Assembly (NCBI GenBank): GCA_040380025.1
Contig: JBEIJY010000003.1
Coordinates: 51,130 to 115,129 of the forward strand
DNA length: 64,000 bases
Source of the DNA: Bdellovibrionales bacterium
GTDB lineage: Bacteria; Bdellovibrionota; UBA1018; CAIMNF01
Direction: 5' to 3'
The notes beneath the pieces are model-generated. The model was not told the DNA's origin, made no database searches, and was given only the letters and a program-made list of their open reading frames with translations. The position numbers and the translations under genes are program-made. Positions 1 to 8,789 of this stretch are shown here, piece after piece; position 1 is the first letter of the stretch, and the number at the start of each line of letters is the position of its first letter.

Positions 1-1
1 C

Positions 2-115
2 TCGTATGCGGAGTTTGATTTTCCCGGAATGCATTGGCCCGAATATTCCGAGCAGGAATACCGGAAGTCCCTGGACGCGTTCGGAAACAGGAAAAGGCGG
101 TTTGGGGCGGTATGA
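2..115 (+). CDS. uppS: Isoprenyl (undecaprenyl) diphosphate synthase, 3' end only (partial)
   Basis: Frame 2 translates to ...EFDFPGMHWPEYSEQEYRKSLDAFGNRKRRFGAV*, the typical UppS C-terminal RRFG tail. The stop overlaps the cdsA ATG (ATGA). The uppS-cdsA-rseP order is conserved in bacteria. Confidence 0.6.
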   Translation, partial: SYAEFDFPGMHWPEYSEQEYRKSLDAFGNRKRRFGAV

Positions 116-981
116 ACAGGAATCTCAAGCTTCGGGTGATGACGGCGATCGTCGGGGTTCCGGTGATCCTCGCGTTTTTGTTGTTCATGGGGATCGGCGG
201 GGTGGCATTCCTATCGTGGGTCATCTCGACCGGGATGCTGTTCGAATACTGCCGGATGAGCTTCCGGCTGAAGGACGCGCGACAAAAAACCACGATCGCG
301 CTGGTGACGAACGGACTCATTCACGGATTCAACTATGCGGTTCCCGCTTCGATCAGCCTTGCGTTTCTGAGCACCGCACCGGCGCTGGTCTTCTTTTCGA
401 TTTTCCTCTTCATGGTGCCGCCGCTTTTGGGTCATGGTGATGCGTCGGCGACCGAATCGCCTGAAGGGGTGGCGATTCTGAGGCAACACGTCCAAGAGCT
501 CATGGCTCTCTGTTTTGGCGTAGTGTATTGCATTTTATTCCCCCTGTTCATGGTGGCGATCCGGGAGCTTCCCTTCGGCGAGCATTGGCTGACTTTGACG
601 CTCTTTGTGATCTGGGCCAGCGATACGTTTGCGTACTTTGCGGGTCTCTCGTTCGGAAGCCGCAAGCTCTATGAACAGATCAGTCCCAAAAAAACCTGGG
701 AAGGGGCCTTGGGCGGAGCCTTGGGTGCCGTCCTGATCGGAGTCTTGTACGGTGCATTGTTTCTCCCCCGGGTGTCATCGGGATTCATCGCCGTGCTGGC
801 TGTTGTTTTGAGTGCCGTGGGAGTGGTGGGAGACCTTGCCGAGAGCCTGCTCAAACGGGCGACCGCATGCAAGGATTCCGGCTCGGTCCTTCCCGGTCAT
901 GGCGGGTTTCTGGACCGGTTTGACGGGGTCGTATTTGCTCTTCCTGTCATGTATTTGGTTCTCGTTCTGTATTATCACTGA
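112..981 (+). CDS. cdsA: Phosphatidate cytidylyltransferase (CDP-diglyceride synthase)
   Basis: Multi-pass membrane protein with the SPKKTWEG and GHGGxLDRxD signature motifs. Start chosen at MNRNLKLRV (ATG 112) inside the longer ORF 34..981. Confidence 0.85.
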   Translation: MNRNLKLRVMTAIVGVPVILAFLLFMGIGGVAFLSWVISTGMLFEYCRMSFRLKDARQKTTIALVTNGLIHGFNYAVPASISLAFLSTAPALVFFSIFLFMVPPLLGHGDASATESPEGVAILRQHVQELMALCFGVVYCILFPLFMVAIRELPFGEHWLTLTLFVIWASDTFAYFAGLSFGSRKLYEQISPKKTWEGALGGALGAVLIGVLYGALFLPRVSSGFIAVLAVVLSAVGVVGDLAESLLKRATACKDSGSVLPGHGGFLDRFDGVVFALPVMYLVLVLYYH

Positions 982-1043
982 TTTCTAGGATCTCCGCCCG
1001 TTTGCCGGTATAATGGCGCAGTAAGGAAAGGGCAGGTCTGACA

Positions 1044-2657
1044 ATGATTTCTGTCATCGGTTTTGTTCTCGTTCTGATTCCCCTCGTCGTCGTTCACGAG
1101 CTCGGGCATTTTCTGTTCGCAAAACTGTTTCATGTCCGGGCGGACGCGTTTTCGGTGGGGTTTGGCCCGGTGATTTTCAAGAAGAAATGGGGCGAGACGG
1201 AGTTCCGCGTCTCGGCGATTCCGCTCGGGGGCTATGTGAAGCTTCTCGGCGAGGATCCGAGCCAGGAGCTTTCGGACGAGGACAAAAAGCGCTCGCTCCA
1301 GTATCAGGCCCGGTGGAAGCGGTTTTTTGTGTTTTTCGGCGGGCCCCTGTTCAATTTTTTGTGGGCCGCACTGGTGTTCATGGTGATGATGGCGATCGGG
1401 GAGCCGCATCTTTCGACCGTGGTCGGGCGAGTGCTCAAGGATTCTCCTGCGGCAACGGCGGGCATTCAGGCCGGCGACCGCATCGTCGCGATCGACGGGC
1501 TGAAGGTCCGGAAGCTCGAAGAATTCATGAATGCGCTCTCTGAAAAACCCGAAATCCGGGTTTCGCTCGAAATCGAGCGCGGAGCCGGAACGGTGACGAT
1601 TCCGGTCACGACCGGTGCCGAAGAGGGGTTCTCGGTTTACGGAGAATCCCGCATGGTCGGCATTCTGGACGGGATCGTCCCGAGCGCGCGGATGACCAAA
1701 GTGGCCATCTCGGACCCCGAGTCGCGTGCCGCGAAGGCGGGACTCCGTTCGGGCGATGAAATCGTGGCCGTTCAAGGTCGGCCTGTCGAAACTTTCGAGC
1801 AGTTCGAGACCACGTATGCCGCATTGTCGGGAAGCGCCCTCGATCTTCGGGTCCGATCGGCCGATTCGGAACGGGAGGTCCGCATCGAAGGAACCTTGGC
1901 CGGGAATCCCGCCAAGGACTTCGGCATTCATTCCTCGGAGCTCTTCGTCGAGCAGACTGTGCCGGGTTCTCCCGCCGAGAAGGCCGGAATTCAAAAAGGC
2001 GATCAGCTGCTTGCCGTGAACGGTTCTCCGATCGGGAGTTTTTTTGAGCTTCGAAGAAAGATCCAGAAGTCGGGCGAGGATCACGGCAAGGTATCGGTGA
2101 CGGTCATGCGTGCGGGCAAAACGACGGATTTCGACCTCGTGCCGAGCGAGTCGACCGAGCGCGATCCCCTGCTGAAGAAAATGAAGCAGTTCACGATCGG
2201 CATCATGCCGGTTCCCTCGATGATCGAGCCCGTGATGGTGACCGAGAGAACCTGGAATCCCTTCGTGCTCGTGTACCGCGGCTTCGAGCGCATGATCGAG
2301 ATGAGTGCACGGAATCTCATTTCGATCGGCAAGATGGTGACGGGGCAGGTCTCGGTGAAGTCGCTCGGCGGGCCCATCCTGATCGGCAAGCTCGCCGGCG
2401 ATTCGATCTCGCGCGGTCTGATGGACTTCCTGCGGATGATGGCGATTCTCTCGATCGGTCTTGGCGTTTTGAACATCCTTCCGATTCCCGTGCTCGACGG
2501 AGGCCACATTGTGCTTCTCGGAATCGAGGCGATTCGCGGACGCTCCCTCTCGCTCAAGCAAATCGAGGTGGTGCAGACCGTGGGTCTTGCGGTGATCCTC
2601 TTCATCATGGTGATCGTCATGAAGAACGATATCTCGCGACTCCCGGTGTTCAACTGA
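1044..2657 (+). CDS. rseP: RIP metalloprotease RseP (site-2 protease, M50) with multiple PDZ domains
   Basis: N-terminal HELGH zinc motif in a transmembrane segment and repeated PDZ-like segments. Sits downstream of cdsA as in most bacteria. Confidence 0.85.
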   Translation: MISVIGFVLVLIPLVVVHELGHFLFAKLFHVRADAFSVGFGPVIFKKKWGETEFRVSAIPLGGYVKLLGEDPSQELSDEDKKRSLQYQARWKRFFVFFGGPLFNFLWAALVFMVMMAIGEPHLSTVVGRVLKDSPAATAGIQAGDRIVAIDGLKVRKLEEFMNALSEKPEIRVSLEIERGAGTVTIPVTTGAEEGFSVYGESRMVGILDGIVPSARMTKVAISDPESRAAKAGLRSGDEIVAVQGRPVETFEQFETTYAALSGSALDLRVRSADSEREVRIEGTLAGNPAKDFGIHSSELFVEQTVPGSPAEKAGIQKGDQLLAVNGSPIGSFFELRRKIQKSGEDHGKVSVTVMRAGKTTDFDLVPSESTERDPLLKKMKQFTIGIMPVPSMIEPVMVTERTWNPFVLVYRGFERMIEMSARNLISIGKMVTGQVSVKSLGGPILIGKLAGDSISRGLMDFLRMMAILSIGLGVLNILPIPVLDGGHIVLLGIEAIRGRSLSLKQIEVVQTVGLAVILFIMVIVMKNDISRLPVFN

Positions 2658-2658
2658 G

Positions 2659-3510
2659 ATGTCGCCCGATCCGGTCAAAAAATATCTCGCCTGGGACACC
2701 TCCTCGCTCGTCGGAATGATCGCCGCGTTCGAGATTTCGCAAGGGGTATGCCGCAAGGTATGTGCGTTCACCCTGAGCCTCGAGACCTCCCGCCATTCCG
2801 AGCGTCTGCTCTGGAGCATTCATCAGGTGCTCGAGGCGGCAGGCTGGAAGCTCGCGGATCTTTCGGGAATTGCCGTGGGAACCGGCCCCGGTTCCTTCAC
2901 CGGGCTCCGGATCGGACTCACGACCGCGCGGATTCTGGCCGGGGTGGTCCGCATTCCCCTGATTCCGCTCTCGAGTCTCGCCCTGCTCGCCCGCGGGGTT
3001 CTTCCTGCCTTGGAGCTTTTGCCGAAATCCGAAAAAATCCTCGTGATCGCTTGTACCGACGCCACGAAGGGCGAATGGTTCACGTGGATGGGAAGCTCGC
3101 GCATGATCCGCGATTGCATCGCCATGGCCGAAGGAGATCATGCCGGGATCTGGGGGCGGGGAGTGATCGAAGCCGTGTTCACTCCCGATGCCCTGATCGA
3201 AGAAATCGCGAAGCGGCTGAAGAAGGATCCCGATCTTCGCTGGCTCGCGGTGGGGCAGTCGGTGGCCCGGTATCCGGAGATCTGGAAGGGACTTCCGAAG
3301 CAGTCACGAATCTGTCTTTCGGCGACGGATTTCAATCGGATCCACGAAGACGCGTTGATTCGTATGGCGTCCGAGGCGATCGCGCAGGGCCTCGAACGAC
3401 AGGCGGATCACGTGAAACCCCGTTATCTTCGCGCATCCGAAGCCGAGGTGAAGTTGAGCAAGGGGCTGTTGAAGACGAGCCCGGTTCATCCCCGCGGAGG
3501 CACGGGTTGA
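2659..3510 (+). CDS. tsaB: tRNA threonylcarbamoyladenosine biosynthesis protein TsaB (YeaZ)
   Basis: YLAWDTSS N-terminus and the GPGSFTGLRIG motif typical of TsaB/YeaZ. Confidence 0.75.
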   Translation: MSPDPVKKYLAWDTSSLVGMIAAFEISQGVCRKVCAFTLSLETSRHSERLLWSIHQVLEAAGWKLADLSGIAVGTGPGSFTGLRIGLTTARILAGVVRIPLIPLSSLALLARGVLPALELLPKSEKILVIACTDATKGEWFTWMGSSRMIRDCIAMAEGDHAGIWGRGVIEAVFTPDALIEEIAKRLKKDPDLRWLAVGQSVARYPEIWKGLPKQSRICLSATDFNRIHEDALIRMASEAIAQGLERQADHVKPRYLRASEAEVKLSKGLLKTSPVHPRGGTG

Positions 3511-3571
3511 TCACGCGACGGGCCGATTCTTTTGCCCGATTTTTGAATTCTGATATCATGAAAGGCAGGCC

Positions 3572-4324
3572 ATGAGGAAAATCTACATCCTTCCGAATCT
3601 GGTGACGACGGCGAATCTTGCGTGCGGGATTCTCTCGATGATCCATTCCATTCGCGGAGACTTCACCAAAGCGGCCTGGTTTGTCATCATCGGCGCGATC
3701 TGCGATTCGCTCGACGGCAGGATCGCCCGCTTCGCGCGCGCGACCTCGGCCTTCGGGGTCCAGTACGATTCCCTCTCGGATCTGACTTCTTTCGGAATCG
3801 CTCCGGCGATCCTGCTCTATGCCTACGGACTTCGCGGAATCGAGATCGGCGTGAGTGCGGTCGTGCTCTACGCGATCTGCGCCGCACTCCGGCTCGCCCG
3901 CTTCAATGTGAGCGCCGAGGAGAAAGATCCCTCCAAACTCCGAAAAATCAGAAAAGGCTATTTTCAGGGTCTTCCGTCGCCGGCATCGGCGGGGCTGATC
4001 GTGACCGCCATTCTGGTCCAGATTGAATTCTCTTTGCTTCCTCCCGGAATGATCGATACGGCGACCTTGTGCCTGGCCCTCGGGCTCGGCGTGCTCATGG
4101 TGAGCAATGTCCCGTTTCCCTCGTTCAAGGAGGTCAACTGGAGATCCAAAGGAAAAGCATGGATTTTGCTGATCCCCGTGATCTTCGTCTTGTGTGTGAT
4201 GCAGGCCCCCGAGCTGACGTTGTTCCTCTCGGGGTACTTGTATCTCACTCTCGGCCTCGGATGGGCCGCTTATCTCTGTTGGTTCAAGGATCGAAACAAA
4301 GGAGAAACGCTTGTGCCGGAATGA
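3572..4324 (+). CDS. pssA: CDP-diacylglycerol--serine O-phosphatidyltransferase (CDP-alcohol phosphatidyltransferase family)
   Basis: DGxxAR...G...D...D CDP-OH phosphotransferase motif (CDSLDGRIARFARATSAFGVQYDSLSD) in a multi-pass membrane protein. Confidence 0.75.
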   Translation: MRKIYILPNLVTTANLACGILSMIHSIRGDFTKAAWFVIIGAICDSLDGRIARFARATSAFGVQYDSLSDLTSFGIAPAILLYAYGLRGIEIGVSAVVLYAICAALRLARFNVSAEEKDPSKLRKIRKGYFQGLPSPASAGLIVTAILVQIEFSLLPPGMIDTATLCLALGLGVLMVSNVPFPSFKEVNWRSKGKAWILLIPVIFVLCVMQAPELTLFLSGYLYLTLGLGWAAYLCWFKDRNKGETLVPE

Positions 4325-6545
4325 AACGAAGGTCCGACCACTTTTGATTTTCATCTTCCTCCCGCTTCTCGTCCCCGGATGGGTTCGTGCGGGCGTGCTG
4401 GTCAATGCACCGCCACCGCACGATCAGCACCAAATGGGCGAAGCCAGCTACACGATCCATCAGGGCGGGAACAATACCGGGGTCCCCGCACAGACCGGAA
4501 CCTTCAATTCCACTCTGGGCTATCGATTCATCAACACGACCCTGAACACCGTCGAGAACCTGATCTGGCTCGATGTGAGCACGGACGACACCATCCAGGT
4601 GGATGCCGGAAAAAAACTCGTGGTGACCCTCTCGACCGGCACCAGTCCCGGTACCGAGATTCCGCTGACCGGTGCGGGACAGCCCGCGGCACCTAATGCT
4701 CCTCCTCCGGCATGCAACTTCGGGACGGTCACCTGTCAGGGGGGAGCGGGCGGAACGCTCTCTGCGATTTACCAGCGGGGCTCGGTTCTCAGGGTTTCGT
4801 TTTCGGTGCAGGCCCTCTGCGGAGCGGGCGCCACGGGAACGCTCTGCTCGGCAGGTGTCCCCGCGAACTTCGGGTCGGGGGCGACCCTCTCCCAGTCCAT
4901 CACGGTGAGCTTCAGTGCCGTGAATGATGGAACCACCGGGACTCTGGGCGGAACGAATTCGGGGACGTTCACTCTTGCCGTTTCTGACATCCCTCCGGTG
5001 ATTTCCTGCCCCGGAAGCGGAAACGTGGTCGATTATTACTTTCCGGGCGACGGCATGGTCTTTTTGGATCCGTCCCGGTACGGGCTGACCGCGGGTTCCT
5101 CGGGGAGTTATGCGGGCTTCGATGTGAAGTCGGTTGTGGTTCTCGCGAATCGTGGCTCTGTGAACGGGTTCACCGGCAACTTCGTGCCTGCGAACGAGGT
5201 GATCGCCTATGCAAAGGTGAACGGGGGGACCCAGGCGATTCCGGGCTTCGTGAACACCACCAATGGTACGGACAACAAGTACCAGGTGAAGCTCTACGCG
5301 CAGAACCTTGCCGGAATCGTTTCGCCGCTCGCCTGTGAGGTGACCCATCCGGATTTTCAGTTCCAGTCCCAGCCCATTCAGGGGGTCTTGAACGAGAGCA
5401 AGTGCTTCATCGCGACCGCCGCCTATCAGGACGGACGGGCCGCACCGGTGATGATGCTCCGGCGATTCCGGGACACGATCCTTGCCAAGCGGGAATGGGG
5501 CAGGCGCTTCATCGAAACCTACTACCGGCATTCCCCCGCTTGGGCGGAGTGGGCTTGGGACAAACCGCTGATTCGCTCTCTCGCTTTGCGCTTGCTTGCG
5601 CCGATCGAGCTTGCGGCCTGGCTCATTCTGAAGGCCTCGCAGGCCGAAGAGGTTTCCCCCCAGCCCTACATCGACAGCCTGAAGCAGGAGCTTGGGCTGT
5701 CCGGGCCCGCAGTGGCAGAAAGCTATATCGAGAGCGAGAAAGCCAAACTCGAAATCCCCGCTTCGAGCGGGGATCCAGAGGAATACATCAACCGGCTGAA
5801 GGGCGAGATCGGCCCCGGTGACTCGGGAGCCGGATACGCCGAGAGCGAACGGGTGAAATTACCCGAGCAGAAATCCGGACCGGGACCCATCGAGATGGTC
5901 TTGCGGGGCGAGGACCGTCTTCCCGAGCCCGAGAGGCCTGCGATCCATTCTGCTTTGGGGTTCATGGTCGGAGTCGCCCCCGGCATTGAGGTCACGAATA
6001 CCGGAGGAGCCTTGCAGTATAGCGACGTATACGGAGGAAAGTGGCAGCCTGAGCTTTTGGTCCATTACGAACGGCAACTCTTCCATTCCGAGACATTGGG
6101 GAGCTTCGGTCTGGGCGTCGACGGAGGGCTCTCGTTCGCGGACGGGTACGGAAGACTGACTTACCAGTTCAATGGCTCCACCGTGTCGCAGACGAAGTTC
6201 ACGTTTTATCAGTTTCCGGTGCTGTTCTCGGCCTATTACCGCTTCAATTTTTTGAAATTCATCAGACCCTACGCCGGCGGAAGCCTCGGTTCGATTTTTT
6301 ACATCGAAGATCGGAATGACGATGTCGACACGAAACGGGGTTACAATTTCGTGTACGCGGCTCATGCCGGCGTGAGCATTCTCCTCGATTTCTTCGATTC
6401 TCGCACCGCACGCGACGGGTACCTTTCTTCGGGCATCCAGCATTCCTACCTGTTCGCCGAATACCTGTACCTCGACAGCTTCAATCAAAGCGGCCTCGTT
6501 CTGAGCCGTTCCGGGATTTACACCGGATTTCTTTTCGAGATCTGA
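4311..6545 (+). CDS. Large secreted/surface protein: signal peptide, Gly/Thr/Ser-rich low-complexity region, CFIATAAY...RRFRD motif, C-terminal aromatic-rich beta-barrel-like domain
   Basis: N-terminal signal peptide (LLIFIFLPLLVPGWVRA). G/T/S/N-rich segment of about 350 aa. CFIATAAYQD...MMLRRFRDTIL...ETYYRHSPAWAEW motif. C-terminus has alternating aromatic/hydrophobic strands ending ...GFLFEI. Confidence 0.6.
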   Translation: MCRNETKVRPLLIFIFLPLLVPGWVRAGVLVNAPPPHDQHQMGEASYTIHQGGNNTGVPAQTGTFNSTLGYRFINTTLNTVENLIWLDVSTDDTIQVDAGKKLVVTLSTGTSPGTEIPLTGAGQPAAPNAPPPACNFGTVTCQGGAGGTLSAIYQRGSVLRVSFSVQALCGAGATGTLCSAGVPANFGSGATLSQSITVSFSAVNDGTTGTLGGTNSGTFTLAVSDIPPVISCPGSGNVVDYYFPGDGMVFLDPSRYGLTAGSSGSYAGFDVKSVVVLANRGSVNGFTGNFVPANEVIAYAKVNGGTQAIPGFVNTTNGTDNKYQVKLYAQNLAGIVSPLACEVTHPDFQFQSQPIQGVLNESKCFIATAAYQDGRAAPVMMLRRFRDTILAKREWGRRFIETYYRHSPAWAEWAWDKPLIRSLALRLLAPIELAAWLILKASQAEEVSPQPYIDSLKQELGLSGPAVAESYIESEKAKLEIPASSGDPEEYINRLKGEIGPGDSGAGYAESERVKLPEQKSGPGPIEMVLRGEDRLPEPERPAIHSALGFMVGVAPGIEVTNTGGALQYSDVYGGKWQPELLVHYERQLFHSETLGSFGLGVDGGLSFADGYGRLTYQFNGSTVSQTKFTFYQFPVLFSAYYRFNFLKFIRPYAGGSLGSIFYIEDRNDDVDTKRGYNFVYAAHAGVSILLDFFDSRTARDGYLSSGIQHSYLFAEYLYLDSFNQSGLVLSRSGIYTGFLFEI

Positions 6546-6546
6546 G

Positions 6547-7425
6547 ATGAAAGTCGCTCTTCGAATCGCTTACCTCGGAAAAAACTACTGCGGCTGGCAA
6601 CGCCAGAGCCGCGAGGTCCTTCCGGCGCGCCTGCCGAGCATCCAGGAGACCATCGAGGGCGCGCTCTCCCGCATTCATGACTCCCGGATCACCATCGTCG
6701 GAAGCGGCCGGACGGACGCCGGCGTGAATGCGCTCGGACAGATCGCGCACTTCTTCTCGCCGAATCCGAAATTCACCCCGAGGATTCTCATGAACGGACT
6801 GAACTCGCTTCTTCCGCAGGACATTCGCGTGCTGGAGGCATTCCGGGTGGAGGACTCCTTTCATGCCCAGCGTTCGGCCGTGAAGAAGCAATACAGTTAT
6901 TACTTCCAGCAGGGGCCTGCGCCGCTCCCCCAGTGGATGGACACTTCTTGGTGGATCCGTCGCACCCTCGATGTGGCCGCGATGGACGAGGCGGTGAGGA
7001 TCCTCCTCGGAGAGCAGGATTTCGCGAGCTTTCAGGCATCGGGGGGGAATCCCGGAAAATCCACCGTGCGGACGATTCTCGAAGCCGGAGTTTCTCTTGT
7101 TCCGATGCCGGAGTTTCCGGGGGCGGATCTCAACGAGCGGGGTTTCGGAATGGTGCGGGTGCGGCTCGTGGGCACCGGTTTTTTGAAGCAGATGGTAAGG
7201 GGAATTGCAGGAACGCTTCTTCAGATCGGCGAGGCTCAACGAAAAGCATCTGAGATGCGCACAGTCCTCGAATCGCGAAGGCGCGAGCTGGTGGGGCCCA
7301 CTGCCCCTGCAAAAGGGCTGACTTTGGAGCGGGTTTGGTATATACCTGACCTTTATGGAAATTCAGATCAAGTTAGAGAATGTATCGGCGATCCAGAAGA
7401 AATTCATCGTCACGATCCCCGCTGA
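6547..7425 (+). CDS. truA: tRNA pseudouridine(38-40) synthase TruA
   Basis: GSGRTDAGVNALGQIAHF catalytic-Asp motif. The C-terminal tail overlaps the tig start by about 70 nt. Confidence 0.8.
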   Translation: MKVALRIAYLGKNYCGWQRQSREVLPARLPSIQETIEGALSRIHDSRITIVGSGRTDAGVNALGQIAHFFSPNPKFTPRILMNGLNSLLPQDIRVLEAFRVEDSFHAQRSAVKKQYSYYFQQGPAPLPQWMDTSWWIRRTLDVAAMDEAVRILLGEQDFASFQASGGNPGKSTVRTILEAGVSLVPMPEFPGADLNERGFGMVRVRLVGTGFLKQMVRGIAGTLLQIGEAQRKASEMRTVLESRRRELVGPTAPAKGLTLERVWYIPDLYGNSDQVRECIGDPEEIHRHDPR

Positions 7426-8686
7426 AAAAGTTTCGAAAACCGTCGAAAAGAAGTTCCTCGAGACCCAAAAGGTCGCGAGTCTGAAGGGCTTTCGCCCCGG
7501 CAAGGTGCCTCTTGCGATGGTGAAGCAGTTTTATGCCGCAGACGTGAAGCAAAAGGCGCTCCAGACGCTCATCAGCGAATCGTATTCGGAAGCAGTCCGC
7601 CAGCATCCGCTTCGCATTGTGGGCGATCCCCAGATCGAGGGCGTTCCCCACGGCCATGACCACGAAGAAGGCCACGAGCACCACCACATTCACATCCACG
7701 AAGGCGAGGCGCTTTCGTTCGCCGCGACCGTCGAAATCGTGCCCGAGATCGAACCGAAAGAGTACAAAGGGCTTTCGCTTCAGAAGGTTTCCGGAGACGT
7801 CACCGATGAAGACGTGGCCGGTGTCCGAAAAAGCCTTCTCGACCGCAAGGCCGAGCTGACTCCCGTCGATCGCGCCGCCGCAATCGGCGACCAGGTGGAC
7901 TTCAAATACGAAGGACGCGTGAAGACCGAAAACGGCTGGGAGTTGAGTCCTGACCTGAGCGGTGATCGTTCGGCCGAGCTCGGATCGGGCCAGCTTCTTC
8001 CGGAGTTCGAAAAAGGAATCGTGGGTGTGAAGGCCGGCGGAACCAAGACCTTCACCATGACCTATGCCAAAGATTACCGCGAACAGAACCTCGCCGGAAA
8101 AGAAGCCGAGTACACGGTGGATGTCCGCGAAGTGAAAGAAAAACGTCTTCCCGAGTGGAATGAAGAGTACGCAAAAGAGTTCGGCTACGAGAGCATCGCG
8201 GACTTCGAAAAGAAAGCACGCGAGCGCCTCGCAAAAACCAAGCGCGAAGAAGCCGAAAACACCCTCCGCAACGGAATGATCACCAAGCTGATCGAAAAGA
8301 ACCCGTTCGAGGTGCCGCAAGCGCTGGTGTACAGCCAGATCCGTGCGCTCGCCGACGACTACTCGAACGAGCTCAAGCGCTACGGGTTCAACGAGCAGAT
8401 GATCCAGTCCGCGGTGGTCAGCCAGCTCGAGGATTTCCGCAAGCGCGCCGAGACCCAGGTTCGCGCGGGTATTCTGCTCGATGCGATCGCGAAAAAAGAA
8501 AAGATCGAGCCGAAGGCCGCCGATTATGAGGCCGAACTCGCCCGGATGGCCGGCAATTTCGGGGTCGAAGTGAAGGTCCTGCAGGACCGGTTCGAATCGA
8601 GCCCGCGCGAGAAGGCGAACTTCGAGTTCCGCGTGCGCGAAGAAATGACCATTCGCTTGATCCTCGACAGCGCCAAGATCAAATAA
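7355..8686 (+). CDS. tig: Trigger factor (ribosome-associated PPIase chaperone) carrying a His-rich insertion
   Basis: Trigger-factor architecture (N-terminal ribosome-binding, central FKBP-like, C-terminal arm). Unusual HGHDHEEGHEHHHIHIHEGE insertion in the N-terminal domain. Confidence 0.8.
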   Translation: MEIQIKLENVSAIQKKFIVTIPAEKVSKTVEKKFLETQKVASLKGFRPGKVPLAMVKQFYAADVKQKALQTLISESYSEAVRQHPLRIVGDPQIEGVPHGHDHEEGHEHHHIHIHEGEALSFAATVEIVPEIEPKEYKGLSLQKVSGDVTDEDVAGVRKSLLDRKAELTPVDRAAAIGDQVDFKYEGRVKTENGWELSPDLSGDRSAELGSGQLLPEFEKGIVGVKAGGTKTFTMTYAKDYREQNLAGKEAEYTVDVREVKEKRLPEWNEEYAKEFGYESIADFEKKARERLAKTKREEAENTLRNGMITKLIEKNPFEVPQALVYSQIRALADDYSNELKRYGFNEQMIQSAVVSQLEDFRKRAETQVRAGILLDAIAKKEKIEPKAADYEAELARMAGNFGVEVKVLQDRFESSPREKANFEFRVREEMTIRLILDSAKIK

Positions 8687-8789
8687 GGCCGGATTCGGCG
8701 GTTCCCACCAGAATCTGACAATCCGATCATTCAATTTCATTGATCCCCCCTGACTCCTTGTGGCAGAACAAGGGCGGGGGGGACCTTGA

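Noticed and set aside
975-2819. Long antisense ORFs opposite well-supported genes, for example 975..2819 (-), 7373..8950 (-), 23217..25007 (+), 26928..28505 (+), 47518..50091 (-) and 32149..33219 (-)
   Set aside because: GC-rich genomes generate long stop-free shadow frames. These have Arg/Pro/Gly-rich low-complexity translations and no motifs, and each is fully overlapped by a gene with clear family signatures on the other strand.
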